Translations under genes and position numbers: made by a program
IMG/VR virus record: IMGVR_UViG_3300034152_000748
Location: 1-59,666 of that record
Length of the DNA: 59,666 nucleotides
Direction: 5' to 3' (one strand)
DNA from: a virus
Taxonomy: Duplodnaviria > Caudoviricetes
The notes under the pieces: generated by a model
Told to the model about the DNA's origin: nothing
Database searches by the model: none
What the model saw: the letters and a program-made list of their open reading frames with translations, nothing else
Part shown: positions 20,101 to 32,100 of the stretch, piece by piece
Position numbering within the stretch: position 1 is the stretch's first letter
How the letters are laid out: each line of letters begins with the position of its first letter

Positions 20101-23100
20101 AACCCTCTATCATAGCCTGCCTTTGCACTTCTTCAAAAGTAGGCAACGGCTTCATAGCGCTTCTATAAAGCTCCTCATAAGAAGGCCCTTCTTTCAATAA
20201 TTTGCCATACAAAGGACGTGGCTGCTTCAAATATTCTTCCGTGGCTTCGTCATATATTTCATCATACACATTCTTTTTGGGACTTCGTTTAAAATATTTT
20301 CCAGCTTTCTTTGCCAAACTAAAACCCTTAGAACCAACACCAAGAGAAGTTCCAATCAAAGACAGTGAAAGTCTGTTCGCTATTCCCTCATCAACACTGC
20401 CAGTCTCATCATGCACTCCATACGTAAGCGCATCTTCAATTGGACCAATTGGGGTTATAGATTTGATCGCGCCATAAAGTCCAAACAAATTTGGGCTGCC
20501 AATAAGAGCTTTTTCCGCGCTTGACCCCTCTTTAGCCTGTCTGTTCCTTATTTGCTTTGTCCTTATGAACTTCTCAATGTTTTTCCATGCCTCTCTTTCT
20601 TTGTCAACCGCGCCTCCTTCTCCAAAATTAGGAAAAAGGCTGCCTATAAACCCACCTTCTTGATATCTAGGAGCCGCATAAAAGTTTTTACTAAGCAGTC
20701 CAAATATATTTTTATATAAATCAGAGTCCTTTTGAATGTCCAAAGAGTCTAGAAAATCAGGTAAATTTGAAATATTAATGCTCTTTTTACCAATTAACTT
20801 AGAAAAATATGAAGGTTTACCGGCTTTAGCCCCAGAAACTGATTTGTCAATAAATTTTTGTAATAAACCAGACCATGCTTGAACATCTTCATAATCTAAA
20901 GTACCTGACGGGTGTCTAAATTCTAATGTACCGTGCTTTATTATAGACTTAGCATTAACTTTTTTATATCTATCCCCCAATGTATAATCTACTTCATCCA
21001 AAATAAGTCCCGAAAGCGATCTTACTTCCTTCTTCTTCTTCACATCTCTCATACTTTTAGCATATTTATTTAAATTTCCTCTTCTTTCTTTGGTTACAAG
21101 TAAATCAAATATATCTTCAGCTTTTCCATAATTCTTAACAACGTTGATTAGTTGTTTTTCGGATAAATCGTCTATACCAAAATGCATATGCATACCGGTT
21201 GAAAAATTAGTCCGTGCACCCAATTTTTTCATGAGTTCTACAAATTTAAGAGAAGGAGACAATTCCTCTTCGTTAAAAAAAGGACCAAGCTTTACCTCAA
21301 AAGGCTTTTGATCAATATAATCTGGTTGTATAGACATGTCAGTCGTAACACTGCCCCGTGCCTTCTTCTTTTTCATTAAATGAGTCAACATTTCTTCCAG
21401 CCCTAAAGATCTAAATTTCTTAGGATCATATCCCCGTGGCCACCCGCCTGGCAAGGATTTAGCATTAATTGTTCGTGACTTTTGGAGCCTGATCCAAGCC
21501 AAGTCTGGATCGGCAAAACCCTCCAATTCAACCCCTAAAGATCTAAATTTCTTAGGATCATATGTTTTTGGTCGTAAAACAGCATGTAATAAATAACCAT
21601 ACTCCTGCAAGTACTGAGAATCTACCACACTATATGCATCATATATATTATCTTCTCCGTATAAGTCACGCAAAAACTTCAAATGCGCTTCCTTCTCACT
21701 CTCTGTAGCCTTCTTTTTAGGTTTCTTTTTATATATTTTTAGAATATTTTTAAGTTCATTAGTAGGACGGTTTTTTGCAAAAACAGCTCCGGGAGTTAAC
21801 GTAGATAAAAGACCTGCAGTAATATTAGTACCTCCAGTAGCTAATTCTTCTTTTAACGAGCCCAAAACCCCTTCCCCTATATTCTTAATGTCATCTAAAT
21901 CTAAATCCCTTAGTACACTAGATACCCCAGCTAACGTCTGCTTAGCCGTTTCACCTAACTTTCCTTTTGCCTGCAAATCCGATAATTTTTCTATCATGCT
22001 AAGAGCGTCAACGGGATATTTAATCATCCTCAATCCTATATCAGGAATTGAAGTGGCTCCCATAGCCCAAGTTCCGACAGCTGATTTTAGTGCCTGTTTT
22101 GACCTGTCCAAAATTCCTTTTGGAGGATCTCCTGACCATATCCAGTCGGCTATGCCAAGTCTTTTTTTCTTCCAAAAGTCAGCAGACTCTCCTAAAACAG
22201 AAGAAACCCTACCAAACACACCGCCTTCTCGAAATCCAGGAACAGTTCCTCTCTCATTCATATAATCAAGAGCGTCGTATCCAATTTTCTTCGCAGAACT
22301 TGCTTTAATTATGTATTCTTCAGGACTGATTCTTGCTAATATTCTATCGTCTCTTGGACCACCTGGACCGTACACTCTTCCACCGCTGTTTTTACCAGTC
22401 CAATCTCTCCATCCGCCAGGTTTAGGATTAGAAAACCAATCCCAAGCTTTCTCTACTGTACCTCTGGTATTAGCCTCAATTTTTTCCAACACTTTAGTTT
22501 GATTTGCCAACTCCTGAGGAACGGTTTTTTCAGCAAAAGACAATTTTTCCATAAGCTCGGCTTTATTTTCTTTGTTAACTGACAACAAACTGTTCAACAA
22601 CTTTTTCGCTTCTTGCTCCGCCGCGTCCAAAGCCTTAGCGGAATAAAAATCCGATCCAGAACTTTCCAAAACTCTTTCTCTTTCCTGTTTCAACTCTCTT
22701 TCTTCCAAACTGCCCTTTTCAGCAGAGGCCAACCTGGTGTCTATCTCTCTCAATCTTTCGCTCTGAGAAACAGTTTCACCAAAACTTTTTAATCCCCTGT
22801 CATAACTGGCTATAATTTGTGACAACCCTTCGTGTATTTGTTTTAACTCTATTCTTTCTTCTCTGCCAGTACCTTTTCCTAAAACCACTTCTTTTACACC
22901 AGCCCCCATTTGTTCTTCAATGTCAGCTTGCGCAGAAACAAACCTGGCTATGGTTTGTTCATAACCAGATCTTTTTTGTTCCATGTCCCTATTTTCTCTT
23001 TGTTGATAATACGCTTGCTCTTCCCGTCTTTGCAATTCAGGCAAAAATCTAAGTTTTTGTTCTGTCCTAAAATATTCTTCTGGACTAAGATTTCCAAACT

Positions 23101-26100
23101 GCAACTGCCTCTCATACTCAGCCCTCATAACGTCGTATTTATTTGATCTCATGTGAGTCAAATCAATTCCTGCCTCTTTGGCAAGAAGCTCCTCCATCGG
23201 AGAAACAGACACGGCTGCAGCGGGATGGCCACCGCCAAAAACTTTGGACATTCTTTCCCTAGCGGCTGACACTCCTTCCATCCCTTCAACAAAATTCGAC
23301 ATGTCAATGTCAAAGAATCTCTTAGCGTGATCTTGAAAAACATCAACCGTTGAGACCAAACTTCCAATAACCGCGTTCATGCTTGACAAAGAATCCCTGG
23401 CTTTTATGGCTCGAGCCTCAGCTGAACTGTATATTTCTTCTTGCCCCTTCATTGCCTCTGTCACCCTGCCAATTTCAGCCTCGTCTTTGACCGCGGCTTC
23501 ATTTAAACCGTCAAGTTCTTCTTCTAAACGATCTATGTTGTCCTGAGCCACCCTCATTGTGGCTAAATACGCATCGTATTTAATCCTCAACTTGTCATAT
23601 TCCTGACCCAATCTTTTATACGTGTCACCACCCTTGGAAAAGGCTAATTGTTGTGCGGACATCTGTCTAAATCCAAAAGGAGCGAACTGAACTTCACGAT
23701 TCATACCCCTCAAAGACTTATTGAACACTGCCGGAATGTTTTCAAATTCCCTGTTGAATTTCAAACTTCTAATGCTCATCATAATGTTTCTAGATTCTAT
23801 GTACTCTGCCTTTACTTTTTCCATTTCATTTTTAGCTTTTTGTGCCTCTACCGCGGTTTCTTTCAACGTTTCCGAAAGCTCTTTAAGTCTAGAAGAACTT
23901 TCAGACGTGTATTCATTGTAATCTTTCCTATATTCTTTCACTCTGGCAGTGTCTTTTCCTCCGGCCTTTGTTTCTTCCTCAATAAGAACCTCGCCTTTGG
24001 TTTTTATCTGGTTGATTATGAATTCTTGTTCGGCCAACGCGTTCTCATAATCTTTTAATGCTTTTAAAGGACCGCTAAAATCAGAAACAGGAACTCCTTC
24101 CTCTCTGGTTTTTACAGTACCTACTTGACGTATGGATATCTGATTTATGTCATCAAACACATCGCCTTTAAACTGATCTGCGTGCCTCATTTTTATCAAT
24201 TGAGACGCCGTTAGATCCCTTAAACGAGGGGCATTGGCGCCATATTCAACGTTTGGAATCCCAGCAGAATACATTCCTCTTCCATACACGGTCTTTTCCG
24301 CCAGTATCTCTCCCCCTCTTCTAATTTTAAACTGTGACTCCGCCCTCTTTTGAGCAAGCTCAATTTCAGCAACGGCTAAAGGGGCCTCAATAGCGTCTTT
24401 AGCTTTTTTAGTTTCCTCTCCAAGTTTTCTAATTTCTTCCGCAGTTTCTTCACTTGCTTTTTCAAGCTGTTCTAATCTCTCGGCTCTAGGACCCCCTTGT
24501 AATTCTTCAAAAAAGCCCATATTTCTTTTTAACTCTTGTCTTTCAGATTCAATGTCTCTATATTTACTTGTTAAATATTCTCTTTTGCTTTCCATGCGTT
24601 CAATATTCTTTAAAAAAGGTTCTACATAATATCCCACCTGACCTGGACCTAAACCACCGCTTACGCTTCCAAGTTTTTGGAAAGTAAAAGTTTTTACTAG
24701 GTCCTTAAGTACTTTACTACCTTCCACCCTACCCTCAGCCCAAGGAGTCCAGCTTTCACCAGCAGTGCCTTTTTTATAAAAATAAGCGTTTCTATGCGCT
24801 AAGTATTCCTCTGGAGTCATGTCCAACTCGCTTCTAACTCCAAAATCTACAGATGCCGGTCTTCTTTTTCCAGCAAATAAACCAGCGGTCTCAGTGCCTA
24901 TATACGTTGATAATTTATTTAATCCATCTCTCAAATCAAGTTTATTTATAGATTCTTTTATATCATACCCAAAATCTATCCTCCTTAACTCCTTTTCCAT
25001 TTGTTCCAGTTCCATTCTAAATTCTTCTGCCATTCTCATGGAAGCAAGTTTTTCCGCATTCTTACCCATTTCTTCCGCGATCTTTTCATGCTCTTTTATA
25101 GTCTTTTCACGAATCTCCTCCATGCTTCTAAAAATTTTCTCTCTTTCCCTTTCCGTGTCAATCACTAAAGATCTTGTTTCAGTGGGAACAGACAATGTAG
25201 CAACATCATCCAAAATTTCTGATTTGTCGCGCATGTCTCTTATAACTCTTTCCGCGGCTTCTGGATATTTTTTTATAATGTCTTCAAATATTCTTGCTTG
25301 ATCTCTTGCTCTTCCCTCCAACGTAGACAACCTGGTTCTTTGATCGGACTTGCCTGCTACATACCCAGCGGCGGTAGCGGTCAAATAAGCAACAAGGACC
25401 TGGCTCAATCTATCTATACTGCTTTTACTTAGATCCACCGTAACATTACCGACTGGCGGTTGTTCTCCTCCTGTAGCTCCTCCTACAACACCACCATGTT
25501 GAAACCCAGGCAGCTCGCCATGTTTGTTTATATATTCCAAATTGCCGTATCCAACCTTCTTAGCTTTAGGTTGACTTACTATGTATTCACCGTCACTCAC
25601 TCTTATTGGTATATTGTCTTTTTCTCCATGTTCTTTTTGCCTACCATACTTCCCATACTTCTCTTTAAACTTTTTTAGTTCTTCAGAAGAGTGTTTTTCA
25701 ATAAGATACTCTGTAATATCTTTTAGAAAATCTTCCGCTGGAACGTCTGTACCTGGAGCCTTAGGCGGCATAATAAGACCACCGTGCTGTAAAAATGGAA
25801 TGGCAGGTCTAAAAAAACCAAAAATAGAACCTATAATTGATTCATATATTTTCTGACCAAAAGACAGCTTTTCACTACCTTCTCCAAACCACGGCTTGAC
25901 TGCAGGAGTTAGAGACGCACCGGCCGCTGTGGCCAATCCTGCAATCCCAAGCACAGAGCCCGGAGCTAATGCCGCTGCGGTCCCGCCCAGTAAACCAATA
26001 CCAGTGTATTTAGCAGCTTTTTTAAATCTATCACCATAAGACTTACCGTATAAAATTTGTTTTGCACGAAGTTTTTCTTCTTCAACAGGACCACCGTGCT

Positions 26101-29100
26101 GGTACATTGGAAGTTTACCGTGTTTATTTATATAATCTAATGGACCTGTTCCAATGCCCCTCACCGAAGAAGCTTTTACAACAAACTCCCCCTTACTGGC
26201 ATCTATATTTACAGAGTCGCTTGTAGGTCCTCCGGGACCTCGCACTAAACCGCCGCCGGCAAACCCCTTCTCTTCTTTTATCTTCTTTAAATATTCCTCA
26301 AAATCACTCATTGCTGACTTTACATCAATCTTTTCCCCTAAAGAAACATCGCCGCCTTTAACATATTTACTTCCTGCTTTGGTCGCCGCTTCCTTTAAAT
26401 TCCTCAAACTCTCTGGAACTTCTTGCCCAGTTATTCTTGCAAGCGCTTCCATTGCCACAGCAGTTGCCACCGTAGCACCTCCAAAAGCTTTTATCTGCCC
26501 TTCGGAAGCCCCGACAGCCTTGGCAAACTCCATTATTGCCGCTGACAAAGCAGCTGTGTTTCTTATCAGTGAGTGAAATTCCTCTTTTTTAGTTTCGCTT
26601 GCTATTGATTTGTCTATGGACTCCAGCTCTTTTCGCAACCCTCCAACGTCTCTTCCTTCTCTGACCGCGTCTTCAATGTCACTCAATTTACTGGTTCTTT
26701 GTGTTTGCAATTCATCCAAAACCTTATTGGAATGACTTTTGTTGAATTGTTCAAAAGCAGCTATAGATGCGCTGGTTTTTATCAAATTTTTAGAACTAAT
26801 AAACTGATTTTCATTGTCTTCTTCCTGCAGTTTTCTGAGCTTGCTTAACTCTTTTATGTCCTTAAACGGAGAGGTTTCAAAATCCATGGTTCTCCAATTC
26901 CACTTTCTAGTTGGCATGTCTTCCATCTTGTCATAAAAATCTTTAAAACCAACGTCTCCAAACGCCCTTTGGGCAAACTCTCCCTTCGTGAAAGATCTGC
27001 CAAACAACTGGAAGTTGTCCTCTATCATTTCCATGCCCTTTCTCAAACCTACTTGTTGAACAAGGTTTTTTGACAAAGCGTCTATTGCCTTGTTCAATGT
27101 AATGACAGCCTCTCTATCACCCTTGTCAGAATATTTATCCCTCTCTTCAGCAAGTCTTTCCAAGGCGCTGACAGTTTTTTGCGGGCCTCCAAACAAAGCA
27201 CCCAAACCACTTCCAAGACGATCAGAAAAACTAGACATTGCCTCTTCCACTGCGTCTGGATCGCCAATGTTTTCCAATATTCTGTCAAGCCTCTCTACAG
27301 TCGCCGCTGTGTTTTCCCTAACCTTGCTTGTCTCCAACACAATCTCAGCAGCCCCAGAGTCTCCTGTTTTAGCCACTACCTCAGTATAACGTTTCATGTC
27401 TTCAGGACTCAATGTCGCACCGAATCCTTTAGACACGTCCGCTATGCTTTGCACAGCCACCAATGCCCTGTCTATAGCATACACGTCTTCCTGTCGTCCT
27501 CTTTGTTGTATTTCAAGCTGACGTTGCCTTGTCGCTCTTTCTAAATATTCGCCGCCGCCTCTTAACAATCTTTGTGGAGCTGTCAAGTCACTAAACTTTT
27601 GTACACCAAGATCCAAATTGTCCAATCCTTTAGTCACGCCTTTCATATATCCAGAAACTTCTTTTTCAAGCTGCACCCTGCTCTTTTCCACAGCAAGATT
27701 TTCTTTTACAACGCGCGTTCCTTGTTCCATTGTTTTCATCAAATCCACAAACACAGCTCTATACTGAAGAACCACTTGGTTATTTTTTAGAATTTCTTGC
27801 AACCTCTCCAACTCTTCATACAAACCAGTTGCAATAGTGGCTCGGCCTCCTTCCTCCAATCCTTCATAACGCAGTTTCGTCAATTGCTCAGCCTTGCGAG
27901 AATAGTCACGCATAGGCTTTAAAAAATACTGTTCAGTGGTTTTTTTCCATTCTTTTTGAAAAGGCGAAACTCCGAAACCAGATCCTGGAACAAACCCTTT
28001 TTCACCCTGCAAAAGAGTGGTTGTTGGTATTTCACTAAAGAATCTTTCTCCCAAACTAAAATCTCTTTTAAAATCCTTTGCTGAAATCCCTCTCAACCCT
28101 GCCGCGGCTCCAGCTAGAAATTCATTGAACACCTCCATTCTATCAGACAAATCTTCCTGTATTGCCCGCATTGGAAAGATTGCGTCCACCATTTTCCTCA
28201 TGTCTTCGTCAAATGGACGTTCCTCTATTCTCAAAGTCTTTGTGTTAAAATAAGTAGCCACCCACTCGAACACTCCGTCCGTCGTTTCTTTTAAAGACAC
28301 TATAGCTTGTTTACCTGCCATGTCGTATTCTTTTGCTATGTCATCAACAAAAGTTACAATGTCTCCTGACAAAGCCTTGCCAACCCTAGGCTTTGCTCCT
28401 GCGGTTTCAAGCCTTGCTTTAGTCAATTCTGAAGTAACATCTATCACAGCAGCGCCCTCTGGAAAGACTCTTTTCAACACCTCAGCTCCAAGAACATCTT
28501 CTGGTTTGGCCTTGCCTTTTATTCCCTTTATTTGCAATCTAGGCTCTATCTCCAACATTAACTCATATCCTTTTCTAAGTTCCTCCCTCCCAAATATGTT
28601 TGCGATAGCGTCTCTTCCAAGACCTTCTGTGGGTATGTCCGATAAGACTCTTTTAAAGTCTCCATACGTTTTCATGTAACCAGTTCTAACTTCTTTCAAT
28701 CTTTTCTGGTATTCCACTATATCCTTGTCAAAAGCAGTGGTTATAGGAAATTTGTTCTTCATGGCTGTTAGATCATTAAGTCTACCAGTAACTTCTTCCA
28801 ATGCCTTTGCAGGAGCAACGTTAATGCCTTTTGACAATAAATTTCCAAACACAGGAGCTTCTTTTAAAAGAGATCTCAACTCATATTTCCATTTCTCTGG
28901 CCCAGCTATTTCTGTTAAATCTTTAACGTACTTGTCAAGCACCTCCACTTCAGTCGCCGCCATCTCTTTGACTTTTAAATTCTCCAGAGTTTTTAAATAT
29001 TCTTTAAAATCACCGGTAGTTTTAAGAATGGCGTTGCCTAAATTATCATAACCAGCAATTAAATTAATATTTGCTTCAGCCAATTTATTAGTAAGATCCA

Positions 29101-32100
29101 AAGCGTCTTCTTGAAGTTTAGGCAAAGTCAACAATGGACTCTCATATGTACCAAGTTCTTGTCTCCTTGCTTTGACTTCAGGTTTACTGGCTTTTCTTAT
29201 GTCTTCCAATCTTCTGTCAAGACCTTCATATTCACCTATAAGCTCTCTTATGGTGCTAAGCTCACTTTCGTTGGCTCTTCTAACTCCATAAACGCTCTTT
29301 TCATAATCTTGAGCTGTTCTAGAAAGTTTACCATAATAATCATACAAAGATTTAAACACAGGAACTAAGGCGGCAAGAGTCAATCCCAACGGAGCTATCG
29401 ATTTTATAAACCCAGTGTTTTCAGAAGCCATGTCCTTAAACATTTCTCCAAATCTTCCGCCTATCTGCTCACTGACAACGTCTATGGACTTTCCTATTCC
29501 CTTGGATATGAAAGCCGGTGCCTCCAAAGCAGCCATGCTTGCCACTCCTCCAGCCCCCTTCAATAATCCAACTAAAGGTTTAGGTCCTTTCAATATTCCT
29601 GGAACAGCCTTAGCAAACTCTTGGCCCTTATAAATAGTGGCCAAGTCGTCCAACGAAGACAATCCTTCTCCCAACTTATTGAAAGGCTTTGCTATTGACT
29701 TGCCTAACCTTTCCCCTCCCAAAAACACGTCTGACACAAATTCATTATAAGCCCGTCCAGCTTCCGCAGCAAGATAAGCAGTTTTGCCTAAAGCTGAATG
29801 AAAATCCTTTAAATTTTTACCTTCGGTTATTTTTTTAAGTCCTTCGAATTCTTTACCGGCGCCTTTACCAAACACTTCGTAACCAGCCAACTTTGTTCCT
29901 GTCTTGAAAGAATCAAACAAATCTTTTATCAATCCGGTTCCTTTTCCTAAACTTTCAGAAAAAGAAGTTATTAATTTATCTCCTTTAGCAATGTAAGTCA
30001 CAAGCAAACCTAGTCCAACTGCCCCAGCTTTAACGCTGGTTGGAATTGCGGATATGGTTTCCAAAAACCCTTTCATGGTTTTTAGACCAAATTTAGCTAT
30101 TGGCAAATACACTTTGCCAAATTCAATCTGCAACTCTATGGCAGATTGTTTTGTTTGTTCCAGCTGCTTCTGGTAAGTCTTCATCACTTCTAAATTTCTT
30201 CTCTCAGCGGAACCTTTGGAGTTAATGCTGTCTCTAACAGCAACAGTTGCTTCTTCCCAGTTGTCCATTAAAACGAGCAATTGATTGTATTGCCTAGTGC
30301 CTCCTATAGCTTGTGCCAAAGACATTTTTTGAGCGTTTGTCAAATCTTTCCAAGCCATGGACAAATCTTGCAATATCTCATAACCACGTCTTAACTCACC
30401 TTCCTCACTCATCACGGGTATTCCAATTTTTGCCAACTCTTTAGGACCTTTTTCGCTAGACAGCCTTCTAAATATAAACCTCAAAGAGGTCCCAACCTCT
30501 TTACCAGACTGTCTTGTCACTGACCCTATCGCGGCAATAACTCCATTCAACTCATCAAAAGTGAATCCGGCGTTTTTACCGGCAGACGCAGCTTTCTTCA
30601 ACGCATTTGCCATGTCTCCAGAAGTAATGGCGTGTTTTGCTTCAACCTCGCTCCAAGCGTCCATAAACTTAACGGAGCTCTCTCCTTCTTGCCTAAACAC
30701 CTTCATAGCTGCAGTTAAAGCTTCTGTAGCCTCCTTGGCATTTAGAGTCGTAACGTTAGCCGCAAGAGTTGCAGTTTTAGTCCTATCAATAACTTCCTCT
30801 TGCTTCAAACCCTGTTGAGCAAAAATTCTCATTCCTCTTAAAACGTCTGTTATAGCGACGCCATAGGTCTTTGCAAATTCAATTGCTGATTTTTGCAACA
30901 CGTCAAAATTTGTCTCAAGCGGGCTCATGACCTGTCTTAAATTAGCCATGGCCATCTCAACGTCTCCTATGGTACCGATCATGTCTTGCAAATTTGAAAC
31001 GCCACCATAAACCAACCTGGCAGCGGCTCCCCACAACACTACTCTCCTTATGGCAGATCTAAAAGATCTGTTGCCAACTTGCATGTATTTTACTAGATCC
31101 CTTTGTTTTTCAGAAAAAGCGCCTGTTTCCTCGCCGGCTTTGTTTACATACTCGCCATATTTATGAAAATCAGTGGCTACGTTCTTTACAACGTTTCCCA
31201 TCTGATCAAGAATCTTCGTTGTGTACGTAAACCTCTCTCCTACTTTAGAACCCCCCTCTGCCTCCCCTTTGACAAAGTACTCCCTGATTCTGGATATGTT
31301 TCTTTGATGCAACGCTTGTTGCGTCTTTGGAGTCAGCCATGGAAGAACTTTTACAGTTCCTATGTCTCCCCATTCTCTACTTTTGCCTTCTTTAGGTTCA
31401 CCCAACTTAGAATAAGTTCTTTCTATTTGTCTCAAATACGCAAGAACATCTTCTAAATTTTTTCTGTGGGCAACTGTAAAATCTTCCCTTACGTTAAATC
31501 TAAGATATTTTTCCAACGCGGTTCTCAACTGCACAACACCAGGGATTAACGTGGTAAAATCCCAAATGTCTTGCAGCTCTGCACCTTTCCTTGCAACCAA
31601 ATCAGCATTACTGTAAACTTCAATCAACTCCTCATTCATATTAGCAAGTCCAGCTAAAGCATCCCTCGCCTTCAATATTGGAGCTGTTTTAGTGTCTGTT
31701 GTTATCGACTTAAAAATTTCCCTAAGCTTTTCAGAATCAATTATACCTTCTGCCTGTTTGGAAATTTCTTCCGGCGACATGTACACTCCTGCTCCTTTAG
31801 CCAGCTCAGGACTAATAAACCCCTTTCCGCCGGCCATTGTGGCAGTAGTGGTGTATATGTCAGTCGGCTTGCCTAAGGTATTCATTATCCTGTCTTGAAA
31901 ATCTTTTATTCCTGACTTAAACTTAGAATAAGCCTCCGTTCGATCTTCCAAACTCTCAAGCTCATCAACTTGCTTCCTGGCGTTTTTTAATTGCTCGACG
32001 TAAAAATCACCAAGAGCAATTCTATAAGCCTTCCACGCTTCAATGTTTTCCTTGTGTATCAGTTTCCCCTCTTGATCAAGTTTTTCCAATACCTTTATAA

